Shown here piece by piece: positions 51,471 to 64,000 of a stretch of DNA of 64,000 nucleotides. Every line of letters starts with the position of its first letter. Position 1 is the first letter of the stretch. Made by a program: the position numbers and the translations under genes. The DNA lies in assembly GCA_053919585.1 (NCBI GenBank), contig CM132786.1; one strand, 5' to 3'. The stretch comes from Euprymna scolopes. Taxonomy: Eukaryota. Below the pieces are notes generated by a model. The model was not told the DNA's origin and did not search any database. It saw nothing but the letters and a program-made list of their open reading frames with translations.

Positions 51471-54400
51471 GACTGTTGAATCCTGGGAGACATTTCCTCT
51501 TTTTATTATTCATCAGTAAACACCTCAGAAGTGTACAGACAATCAATACACTTTTGTATAGTATGATGGGACATTTATAATGAGATATATAAAAAAAGGA
51601 ATTCTAATGGCTAAACGGAGAAACAACAATGTTACCCCAAGCACATATACTTAAACCGTCATTTTCCGGAAAATAATAATATAAGGCATACCCCATCCAA
51701 GTTCTTTTTTCTTTTACTGTATTCTCCATATATAATATAAAAACTTCAAAATATATTACTTACACATATTATATTAAATATCTATAACACAACTACATAT
51801 CAGCAAACGAAACGCTCATAATTCACGCAAATTATAAGGAATAACTATCAGTAAAAACACGCAAAACCCCCAAAATAAAATTGGGATATAAATTTATATC
51901 ATAAATACATAATTTGAATATATATGTATACCCGCATATAATCAATGAACATGGATGCAATTATTTAAACTGAACCGGTCGCTCCGACTCCTAAAAATTA
52001 AAATTTCAAGGATGGCAGAGTTAATGCAAGTAACCCACCCGAACTATATAGACGACGGGCGTATCACTGCCATAACACACATATAGTAGATAACTTTGAT
52101 AAATTATATGTTATCCGCATTTATAATATAACATGATTTTAGCTGTCCTGTAATACCGCTGTCCATTCAGCGATAATTGGGGCACTTGAATACACCCAAA
52201 GCATTGCATTTTTCTATATTACAAGATAAATGCGTTTTCGAAAATTGGCCTCTTCAACGAAATAGAAACAATTGTTATGCTCGCTTTTTATCTGCTCTTA
52301 ATAAAATTGATAATTGTTATACATTTTCAACGTGTTGCCTTTTTATTTTAATACAATTACTATTGCTCTAGCACTCTGGCCAATATACCTCATGATTTCG
52401 TATTTCATTTGATGTGTTTGATGTATACAGTTAGTACTTATTTAGCTATTAATTTATCCACTGAAACAAGCCTTCTTGTGAGTTAGCATTTGCCGTGTAT
52501 GAACTTTTCAAAATAAAACATGGTGTCGGACATTCCGCCGTGACCGCGCACTTCTTTAAGAATAAAAAACCAAGTGGCTTTTCATTGAAAGAGAATGATC
52601 TAGCTTTAAAATACCTCATATATACCGACATTTTATTAAATGATTGTAAGTATTTTAAATGTGCATCACACTTAACTGTTAATCTACGACGAAATCTACA
52701 AAACGTGAAACAGTCTGCCCTAAATTATACATCAGATTCTTACCGATGAACATGACATTTACGACGAGAAATATGATTACAACAACAGGTTCCTCACAAT
52801 GTACGTTTTATGTTGCTATATTAGGCAATTGAAATGATGTCATTTTACTGTACGTAACTACAGATGCCCATAGTTTAATTATATGGTGGGTATATAAAGC
52901 AATTCTCACACTTGACATCGATATAACATATTTAAGAACACATAAAGTATAATTTCAGTTAAAATAGATAGAATATGTTCATTTCTGTTTTGTATTAAAC
53001 AAGTAATATTGGTTAGACGTTAAGATGTTAGCATCATAGTTTTGTATACTCTTGATTCTCAGAAATTTGATCCCTCCGTACTGTACTTAGTTTAGCATAA
53101 GTTTTGTATTTAGAGCAATGCGCACACTTGCCATTGATATCACCCATTTAGACACATATAAACAAATCTTTTGTCAGTTAACACCATTATAATATGTTGT
53201 TTTCTGTTTCATGATTATAAATAATATTGATTCGACGTTAAGTGGCGAGTATCATAGTTGGTAATAGTCTGATTCCTTCATATTATATCGCCCCTCAATA
53301 TAGTTAGCCTCGAAATAATTGATGTATTTGTTCATTTTTCATAATCGCTACACATTCTATGATAACTTAATCAAACAACCTAGCATAAAAATACGTTCAC
53401 CTAGGCCCACTTTTTTATCCAGCATTCTCATGAATATGCACGCAATCACATCATTTATATTTGTAAAATTTAATGAGGTGCGAATCATTATCAATGTAAA
53501 TGATCATCTCGTTAAACAGAATTGTTTCATATTGATGAACTTACCATCCGATGCTTTATACCGATATTTAGGTTTCCCTTTTGTGTTAATGTAGTTTGTT
53601 TTGTTTCACACAGAGCCAGAGATCAGGCGATATGATTATTACCATGAGACTCCCCATTTTATACAAAAACATCCCAGTTATTGGTGACAGTTGAAAAAGT
53701 TAAGTTAGTAAATTCCTGTTGCTTAATGTTATAATACTAATTCACACACATATCTAATTGATTATAAGTTCGATATCATGCGGTTTATTATTAAATTAAG
53801 GTCGATAATCATCCAAATATGTTACTACATACTAAATCAATATATTGTAAAACGCAATCTAATGGTACGCCAGGCTATTCTTCGATCACTTATTTTTCAA
53901 ACAATATCTTGGCGAAATTAACATTGACAGAAAAAACATCGATCTTCCACGAATACCTGAAACTTCATACAGACAATTCGCAGAATGCTTACTGTTAGCA
54001 CATATATTTTAGTTTTCGCATACGGTAAAAAATACACTCATTTTTACTTGCCTGTACTTGCTCTTGGATCCTAACCTATATGTCACTGCCTTCGTAAAAA
54101 AGAATATATAAGACTAAATCCGGGCATACGCAATCCAGCCAATGTTACGAAGGTGATTATACTATTTACGGTAATGTTATTGGAATAAATTCGATGTGTC
54201 GCATTTTATTCAGAACTGTGGATAATTTAGTTACTATACCGCATATATTAACCTGTTTTATTTGAGCTTGATGGTTTCCTGTTGTTCAAACAAGAGATTA
54301 CATGCATATATGTGTTCCAACAATGTGAAATTGTCGTGCATGTGTTAATAATTGTTATATAAAAGAGTAATTTACGTTTTTTCAGCTACTGCTCAAGTAG

Positions 54401-55129
54401 TTATTAAAAGTTTACATAATTTAAAATTTAAATACAGACCATTTAAAGTATTTTAATTTTTTCGTAATAGTGAACTAAAAGTGTATATGACTATACAACA
54501 TAAATTCTAGGCTTTGACTAAAATTTCTTAATTTCGTCCGTAAACCATGATATGCACCCGCTGCGTTTTTCCCATAACAGCTGGCAAATTTATTAGATAA
54601 ATAATTAACAAGGCATATTTTATTTTGCGAGACCGTCCATCTTTTAGTGGAATATATTAATTAGCAAAACAAAATATGTACTGTAGGTTTTCTCGATTAA
54701 AATTAGAACGTAAAAAAAGAAATAAATATGTATATATTTATCTTACATGTGGAAACACATTCCTGAGCAAGTTCGCCCACGCAATCCCGAACACATACGT
54801 CAACACGCCACGACACAACACAGTCCTGAAAACCACCGATACGACACGTTCCCGAATAATACCAGCGAATTGAAACGCCAAGATCCGATGATGAACGCAG
54901 TAACACATTTTAATCATTTTTAACTTGATATTTATTTGATTCCTTATGAAAACAATATGTGACACAACGTCATTTTTAACGTCGAGGAAAACCAGTATCT
55001 GGCAGAGTTCAAAGACAAAATTGCCTAAGTATAGAAATGTTTCACCCAACCATTAACAAATAACAATTCAACTTGGGTGGAGCGTAAGAGCAGAATTACA
55101 CCCCGCCCGACAAGTTTGCTCTGTCAGTC

Positions 55130-57140
55130 TTTTTTAACAGGCGTCCCAATGATATACCCGCATTTTTATAGTAGCTGTGCGAAACTCAATCGTCGCTGTA
55201 GGTAGGATGGATAGAAGCTCATTGATAGACTTTTTATTTGGAATCGAAATGTATGGGGGTGGCCTTTCACAGCAGATAGGCTCGATTGATACATTTGTCC
55301 ACAAGTTTTGTACTCTTCCGCGCATGCTCGTCATATTCTCTCTGACCACGAGATAAGACAAATTACAATGTCGGACAGGTCATTTTCCGTGGGGCTTCGG
55401 CTTAATGGTACATGCTCAAACGCATAATCAGGAAGCGGACCTTCGTCTGTCACATCATTACACCTTCTTGCTCTTGGCTTTAGGTGCATCAACTTCTTTA
55501 GAGCTTTTTTTTTTTTTGGTCGGTCGTACAGCAGTGGAACCTCTTCATTTGATGAAGTAATTTAGTCACTAATAACGAAATTATGTCGGAACGCTGGGAG
55601 CACATCCTTTATTTTTGTGGTCCTTGATCAATTGAGATCGAGTGTTGGCTATTGATTTTTGTCAACATAGGCTTGCAAATGGGCTCGGCACAAATCCAAC
55701 ATTGCAACGTTTGATTCCTGCTGTCGCCACTCCATCATTTTTTGTAAGTAAGCATTTGCGTTGGCCGTATACACCTTCACATTGTTATTTATCTCCTAGT
55801 AGCCCATATCGGGGCGGAACTTCTGTTTGTTCTCCTGAACAACAAACATGGTCAGACTCATGCTATTTAAAATACAAAGGTGATACACAGAATATTGAAG
55901 CCACTAGCAATTAGGAATCTACATCTAAAATACACGGTCATATTCTCCAAAAAATTGTGTTGGGGATGGATACTCTATGTCTATTTTTAACGTAAGTTTG
56001 CTAGACCATTATCACAATATGGTCAACTTCTGAGTGTTCTATTTATACTGTTCCTAAAACGAATTGTGATTGCAGCGAAATGGGTCTTGTTGAAATGTGA
56101 AAAAAGTTATTTACTGGCACTACAGGCAGCAACTCCTCAAAGTTGCTTGATTCCGCCCAGTCCAAACATTGAATAAAATACAAGAATGTATCCACCATAA
56201 AATAAGATAATTATGCTAATGCTACACGTTGCACCAAGGTTGACTTGAACCATTTCTATTCCACAACAACTATGTTTATTCCGTAGGTGTCACTTTCCTC
56301 GTCCATTATTGACACATCACATGCGGAATAGTGACTGTGTGCATCCAGTATCCACTACCGATGTAAAAAATTGTAACCGGTATTTCGTCGTTTACACCAG
56401 TCTAGGGGGAATAGATCAGCGCTGAATTCTAACGTCCTTGCTCGTTTTCTGGACAAAATCGAGCCATGTGCGCATGGCGCTAGCATTGATAGCGCGCGAT
56501 AATTTTCCTAAAGGTGGCAACAACTTTTCTGCAGATCGCACTTGGCAGTAGATAATCTTTTGCCATATGATTGGGTCCATTACAATTATAACACCGCTGT
56601 GGATATCCGTCTCCTTAGGTGTTATTTGTCTCGACCGTACAGCTGATGATGCTTGCTCTAAAACTCCCGTCCAGGCCTTAAAATCGGCACGAGCGTGCGC
56701 CAGGGTCTGTGACAGATCTCGTTTATCAATCTGGTAGGATTTCACTAACAAGTCTTCCGCATCGCCAGACAATCCAGCAATGAATGCACATTGCACACAT
56801 TGATCCGACGCGCTGCTAAACAGCACCACAAATCTACGTAGTTCAGCCAGAAATACCTCGGCCGTTTCACCGCGTAAGAATCGGCATAATGCAAACTAAT
56901 CCAATGAGTTGAGTCATACATCGAAAACGCTGTGTAAAGCGTTGCATTTATAGAGGAGAAACCCGCGCGCTCTTCCTCATTTTATAGCTCGGACACACCA
57001 TATGCGCCTCTGGCGTGACCGCTTAAAGCAGCAATACAGCTCCCAATTTGGGGAGACTGAGACCCCTTAAACACTGAGTGAGACCGGCTAATTATACTGA
57101 AACATAATTGGAGGCCCAGACAACAGCGGGTAATATATCT
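55130..57140 (-). mobile_element. Decayed Ty3/gypsy element (gag, Zn knuckle, protease, RT)
   Basis: RGETAEVFLAELRR..CAFIAGL..LAHARA (gag), CYNCNGPNHMAKD (~56550-56595), VVDTGCT (~56345), WRQQESNVAMLDLCRAHLQ (~55700). LTRs not identified. Confidence 0.82.
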
Positions 57141-58559
57141 GAAATGATAAATTTATTGTGGTTTTGTAAAGCGGACATATACTGTTATTGTTTGCAAAAA
57201 ATGACGAGAATTATCATTTGAACAGTTTGAATGGATTAGAGTTTAGCTCTTGGCCTGACGAACCTCGTTTCATGGATGTCTCGTTTCTGAGTGCGAGAAA
57301 TGTGAGTGTCAACCTTTCGGGGCGTGTGAATGAATTTGAGTTCTGATCCCAGATTCGCAGGCCTGTGAAAGTTCGCAGATTTGCACACATGCAAGGATTC
57401 AGGATTTCCCCGACTGACGCTGTGAATTAGTAGTATTCTGGGGAACAGCTTACCCTAACCCATCACTCTTTAATATAAGATAATTTCTGTGCCAAAGCAC
57501 AGCAGTTTGGAGCTAAATCTCGAGGCCCTGCAGTTTGAAGCCAAATCACCGGGCTCATCACCGACAAAGCTCACATCTCAATTCAGCTTTCTCCAACAAC
57601 TCCACTATTGATGGGCCAGATTCACGGGAGTGAAACTGTCGGAGGAGTATTGGGTCGAAGGCCGATTGGGTTGAAATACCTTGTTGCTTCATGATAGTAG
57701 CGAGAACATCAAAATAAAGAAATGTAAACATGCATATATATTCATATTACACGTGACAGCAGGGGTCTGAAGAAATTCGTTTACACAAAACGTGAACACC
57801 TCCGACGATTCGAATGGGCACGATCCCAAACGATGCCGTCGATGGACACGACAGAACACGATCACGGACAATGCCGTCGATCGACAGGACACGACGCGAT
57901 CCCGAAAAAAAAACATGTCGAATTGACACGTCAGGGAACGATCAGATTTACATAGAACAATATTTTCTGCTCTCAAATGACATTGACTTTTTTTATAAAC
58001 TTAATGGTCGGTGTGCGTAAGATAGATGCAGCTCTTTGGTAGATTTTTGATTTGAAATCGAAAAGTCCAGAGTTTCCCTTCCTCCACAGGAAGGCCCAAC
58101 CAATACACTTGAACACCTTGGTTGTCGTAACCGCGAATACTCGTCACATGCTGATATGAAAGAATATATAATTAACTTTTAAAATACATTGCCGAATGTA
58201 CGTTGGTTAAATATAATCTGGTAAATACATATCTTTGATTTCATAATGTTAATCTGGTAATGCATTCCTAAACATTTCTTTTGTAATATTTAAATTGCCA
58301 TACTATTACTTTTCTTTGTAATTTAATTAGAACGGCATATCATATTTATTGGAATTTATAAACTATAGTTGATATAATAAAAAAAAAAATTGTGTTTGTA
58401 ATACCTATTAATTAATACACGAATATTTGCTAATCGGAGAGTAAACATAATTTGACCTAATAAAACTGTATGGAATAACGAGTGCACATGCTAACCAAAA
58501 GAATAACATTGCAATGTATAATGGTAATTGTCTGTAGTCTTGAGATGAGGTATTTTCAT

Positions 58560-60655
58560 TTATTGAGATTGTCGGACTGACTTCCTCATCTTGGTTGTTA
58601 TAGTCACAACGTTTCGGCCGTTTTGTATCGAACTGGGGAACCGTTTGTTATGAGTTTCGAACCCAACTATTAATTATTATTACGGGCGTACTGTGTTCAG
58701 ACTCCAGCTCGGCTCTGGGACATAGTTGCTGATTGTCTGTTTTGGAGGTTACTTTTCACTGCCTTCGTTCAGGATTGAACTCAACACCTTTGGATAACTG
58801 CAAACTTTGATACAACGTCTAGGACCAATCGGCCATATGTCACTAGACAATTCTTAGTTGGCTTTCGTTAATGTTAAACCTATGTTGTTATTCAAGGTTG
58901 CCTGAGGTGTTAGAGGTGTCCAAATTGCATTCAGCTCTGCGCTTGATTTGCACAGTGGGTTGTTATATCCGAGCATGTGAGCTGTTTCTTTAAGTTTTCT
59001 CACTTTCAAGTAGGTATCTTTGTTTATTATTTTTACTTCATCCCATAGGGGGTGATGCTCCCCCCTCTCCATCCAGACATGGTTGGATATACCCAAGTTT
59101 TCCGTCTCTATTTTAGTTACCGCTTTTCGGTGTTCTTCCACCCTTACTTTTAAGGGGCGATATGTTTCACCCTTGGAAACCTTTCTGAAACTGCATGGGA
59201 CGGAGTATATCCAGTTCTTTGTCATGTTCTCCTCCACGTGGGGCTTCACTCGTACCAGGTGTTGTCTGAGTGTTGACTCGCTCTTGAATACCGTCCTGAT
59301 GTTGTAGGGGCACATATTACTGAATCTTTCCGGAGATGCCTCGTATATGATAGTCAGACCGTTGGTGGTTTTGGGGTTTCATTCTCCTCTCTCATACTAT
59401 TATCACGTGGATAGTATGCTATCGGGGTAGTTGTTACGACGGAGGGTATTCTTCAACCTGACCATTTCTTGGTGGTGTGTAATGGTGTCGCTACTTATTG
59501 TCTCTGCTCGATTTTTTAGGCAGCGTGCGATTTCATGTTTGATACTGTATGGATGATGGGCGTTGAAGTTAAGGTATTGTCCGTTGACGTTAGGCTTGCG
59601 ATATAAGGATGTCTTCAACCCATTCTCTGTGTGTGATATGAGTATATCAACGAAGGCCAGTTCGTTATCTTTTTCTTTCTCCATTGTAAACTATATCGAT
59701 GACCTTATTGAGTTCACATGGTCTAGGAGAGCCTGGATACCTTCTTGATGGGGCCAGTGTATGAAGGTATCATCAACGTATCTTAGCCACCTAGTTGGCT
59801 TTAAGAGAGCTGCACTTTAGGCCATACGTTCGAAGTATTCCATGTATATGTTCGCCATCACTGGTTATAATGGCGAGCCCATAGCTAGTCTCTCCTCTTG
59901 TCGATATAGGTCAGTACCCATTCTGAAGTAAGTTGTTTCTATGCAGAATTTCAGCATTTCCATTAAGTTTGGCAATGGTACACATGTGCGCTCTTTTATG
60001 GAGAGGTCCGCAGCTATTTTGTCCTGAATTACTGCTAGTCCCTCACTAGTGCGGACTTTAGTGAACAGGCTAACCCCATATAGGCTTACCATTTGGTTTG
60101 TACTGATGTGTGCTCCCTTTATCAGTTCTGCGAAGTGGGCATAATTCTTTACATGTGTTGCTGACTTGCTTGCTAGTGGCTTTATTATATCCACAAGGTA
60201 GCTGCTCAGTGGGTGGGATGCTAAGCATCGGCAGCTCAGTATGGTCCTGAGTGGAATACCCTCTTTGTGTATCTTGGGGTGACCGTACATATGTGGTAGC
60301 TTACTGTAATGCTGGACCAGCTGTCTATATCTCATCGGAGCGATGTGTTCCTTGTTTTTGGTAAGGATTTGTAACAGGTTTCTTTCGGTTTTCAAATTTG
60401 GGCCCTTCTTTATTTTACCGTAGCTACCATCTGCGATTAGGCCTGCCAGTACTCCGACTTATCCATCACCACAGTAGCATTGCTTTGTCTGCTGGCAGAA
60501 TTATTATACTGCTGTCACTCTGTAGAGTTCTTATAGCCAGCCTATCTTCCAGAGAGATGTTTGATTTAGGTGGCTTGGCTTTATCGAGTACTTGTCTCAC
60601 TTTCCATCTTATTTAATTACCTTGGTTTGATGGGATTCTCAAGGCTATATCTTCC
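58560..60655 (-). mobile_element. Penelope-like element, RT plus C-terminal GIY-YIG, frameshifted, with 3' pLTR
   Basis: PKIHKEGIPLR, SLFTKV, LAMGSPL (59865-60395), WLRYVDDTF (~59775), LYRKP..YLNFNAHHP (59403-59684), IYSVPC..GETYRPLKVRVEEH..RKLKET (58854-59315). Confidence 0.92.
58760..58843 (-). promoter_or_regulatory. tRNA-like Pol III internal promoter at the start of the PLE 3' region
   Basis: A box TGGCCGATTGG (58835-58825) and B box GAGTTCAATCC (58782-58772), 42 nt apart. Confidence 0.55.
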
Positions 60656-60769
60656 ATGGGTGTTATGATATCTAAGAATGGAACGCAATGTATAATGTTT
60701 ACTGTTTACGAATTACTATTTATTAAACTCATGTTAGAGTCATACGTCTATAATCTTTGGGTTGAGACA

Positions 60770-62435
60770 ATTAATCGGAGTCGGAATCGGGAATCGATAA
60801 ATTCGGACCATTTTTATGTATTGGACGCAGTACCGGAATCGGAAAAAATAAATCTAATTTCCGACTTAAAATTTTTGAATATAAATAAAGCAAGCACATT
60901 TTTTATTAGAATTGATCCTTTACTTTAATAAAAAAAATCACATATAATAGCTATATATTGCTTATGGCCACCCGAACTTAGGATTCTTAGTAGGAAAGGA
61001 GCGTGGTTTTTATGATATTTAACAATACTATATATTAATACAATAGCGTGGGTGTTATTTATTTTGTGTGTCACGATTACATCCGAGTGACTGTTATTTA
61101 ATTATGGATTCCCATTTCTCATAATAAATAATTTTACCAAGAATTCTTCGTAAGTATTGCTTTTGGTTTGGATTATAGCTTATGAGAACTCAAATCAATA
61201 AGTGTTCTTATGAATAATTTTCCCAAGAAGTCTTCATAAGTGTTGCTACGGTTTAAATTATAGCTGATGACACTTAAGTGATCTATATTTTTGTTTCCCG
61301 AAAAACGCCTTTTTGCTATGTGAGCAAACTAGTCCCTTACTGAATAAATATCGAGTGGAATCACATTTTATAATTGTTCTTGAAATAGCTATTGGTTTTA
61401 AGTAGCCCATTATATTGAAAACACTTATTTTTAAATCTTATTTAAAAAAATGTACTTGTTCATAGAGTCGAGCCACGAAAAACGAAACCATATATTTATT
61501 TGAAAATAAATTAGTTTTAACACTTCTGGTGTTATTATTACAAAACAAAAATAAAATAAAGAAAACAAGTATACTAAAAGAAACCAATTATTTTATTTAG
61601 AGGAATTCATTTAGTTTAAACAATGATTGTTATTAAAAATAACAAAAAAGAAAACAACGTAATTATGTGTGTTGGTATAGCGCTTAAATAATCACGTTAT
61701 TATTTGGAAAGCGATTTTTTTACATGGGGACGAGAGTATCGTTTAAAAGTAATTATGCAGACGGCGGTGTTGGTTAAGCGGCGATAATTCCAATATATAT
61801 TTGGTCAAATAAAGCAGCAAATAAGTAACAAACAGCATTTTTCCGAAGAGAAACATATTGTAAAACTAAGATATTTATTTCATAAAAATGTATAAATATA
61901 TAATTGCAAAAACATTTATTAAAACCTCTTCGTATGAAAATATAATTTCAACACACAATATTGTAATAAAAACAACAATAGCAACAACAACATTATGTTC
62001 TAAAGAGTAACATTTTCATTTAGAAATTCGTTCGTAACAAAGGAAGGGGCATAGTTAATATTTAGCCCATATATCGTTTTCTAATTTTAGCTACCAATCG
62101 TAGACTATTTTACACTGTTTATGAAAACTTTCAACTAGCATGTTGTATACTAACAAGGAACTGATGCGTTTTTGTTTTGTTTAAAATCAAAATACACCTT
62201 TTTGCTGTCATTAAATTGGCAATACGCTATAAGGAAATAATTTTGGAGACAAAACGGAAATTAACCAACAATTTATGTAATGATTAGAAAATTTACGAAA
62301 AAAAACACCAGAAAATACAATCTTAATGTAATATTTATAAATATTTAAAAAAAATCGGATTCGGAATCAGGAATCGAATCGGAATCGGAATTTTTTAAAG
62401 GAATCGGGAAGATATTTTGCAACGTCCGACTACTA

Positions 62436-62437
<2 letters not shown>
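60770..62437. mobile_element. Possible non-autonomous DNA transposon with (GGARTC)n subterminal repeats
   Basis: CGGAGTCGGAATCGG clusters at 60777-60845 and 62355-62408 and a terminal CCGACT at ~62426; AT-rich interior. TIR and TSD not clearly resolved. Confidence 0.4.
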
Positions 62438-62498
<61 letters not shown>

Positions 62499-62641
62499 TA
62501 AAATGTATAAAAAAATAATACAAAAAATATGAACGCTTATAACTTTTCTTTATCATATTTTATTATATAAAAAAATAATTAAAAAAATAATAGAGCGCAT
62601 TATTTTCGACGGAACGTACAGTCTGCATGAATGTGGAGAAA

Positions 62642-62704
<63 letters not shown>

Positions 62705-64000
62705 CGCAGTTCTATGTATTCAAAGAGGTAAGCTATTATATTCAAAGGGGTCATAAATAGAGCTAAAAGAACGATTACAATATATTTTTTCATTGATTTT
62801 GACAAATCTAGATTGTCCCGACGTGGACATTCTCATTCTTCAGACGTCTTGTTTGTAAAGGCAGGCGAAGTGTGTCTTACACTGACACATTTTTGTCATA
62901 AATATAAAACATTGAAAAATTTCGAAGGGTGTATGAGGCTATGTGACACATTATCTCTAGAGAATTAAAATTAAAGCTGAAAAATGGATAAGAGTAGAAT
63001 AAATTTAAAACAGAGGAAATAACAAAATCCAGTGTAATCGAGATTGTCAGTGGAGAGAAAATTATTAAACAAAGAGGAAGGTTGAACGGAAATCAGCTAT
63101 CTATAAAAGCCAAAGTGTAGTTGTCAAAACAGGAAATTTGCTCTGAGAAAGATCAAGCAGAAAATAACGATTATATTATTACGCTTATCGCTCCGTCCGT
63201 TGTCATGATTTGTATTCCTAAAAAAAGGAAAGTGGAATATTCAAAAAAGTGGAATATTCCAAATAAACCGTGTCAAACTTGAAAAGGAATTGAAATATAA
63301 AACAAGTTGGTGTCACTGTTGGGGCAAAGCTAATAACAATGATTTGTCTTTCTTAGCTTTTTTCCTAAAATCAAAGTGTAGTATCTGTTCTTCAGGTGTT
63401 ACATTTCAATTTCTTCTCTCGCAGTGGAAGAGAACTCCTTCACGAATAAGACATTTTTCTCCACGTAAAAAAAAAACGACACTGGTGTCTTAATCTCTCC
63501 CGTTGGCGGGCATTTTGAATAGGTAATATGTTTAATGTAACAACGTTTTAATATTAAAAAAAATAACTGGAAAAAGTTATTTCTGATTTAATTACCAAAT
63601 GCCCTGGAAATGTCACTTATGATTAATTATAAAATGACCTGGAAAATTTCTTTTCGGATTTTTTTTACTTGCCTCCCCACAAGGGCGGAATTGGACATGT
63701 GGTCGCTTAAAATTAAGGGGGAAACCAACTCCCCAAAAGGGGCACTCTGGTCAATAACAAAAAATAAAAATTGTATCAGTATTGAAGGATTCCTCCTTCA
63801 TTAACCAAGACCAAAAAAAAGTGGATTTAAGTCTCTGGAATGCTGAAACTTATACTCCACCTGGAAATTTATGTTGAAACAATGATTGCCTAATCCCTAA
63901 CCGTGTTAATGCGTTTATGTATTACTTTCGAAAAGCTGCTGAAACAGTTTACGATTTAAACATTACTTTATTTCAAGTATATTTTAAGCAGTGGGTTACG

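Noticed and set aside
44160-61285. Other CTGANGA hits (44164, 51514 minus, 57255, 61264; also ~1037 minus, 8372, 19540, 23945)
   Set aside because: They lack a correctly placed GAAA, stem III/UH or stem I pairing; expected by chance.

Overview
AT-rich eukaryotic (invertebrate-like) intergenic or intronic DNA with many (TA)n microsatellites and seven assembly gaps. I cannot support any host protein-coding gene. The window is mostly transposon relics: a decayed RTE LINE, a decayed Ty1/copia, a decayed Ty3/gypsy, one open CR1-group LINE ORF2 fragment plus eroded relatives, at least four Penelope-like elements (PLEs), Helitron-type termini, and a ~25-copy 54-bp satellite built from Helitron-like 3' ends. 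The most notable signal is a set of type I hammerhead-ribozyme modules, most of them abutting (TA)n tracts. (i) Three unrelated 168-239 bp palindromes carry a hammerhead or its relic on each arm (10.5, 24.4, 44.7 kb). (ii) A ~135 bp tRNA-head + hammerhead + (TA)n SINE-like unit lies at 41.6 kb. (iii) Four copies of a minimal hammerhead sit in the pseudo-LTR of one PLE family. (iv) A second PLE has a tRNA-like Pol III promoter directly behind its ORF. Together these suggest a PLE-mobilised, microsatellite-targeted family of small ribozyme elements. All motif calls were read by eye; no folding or database search was run.
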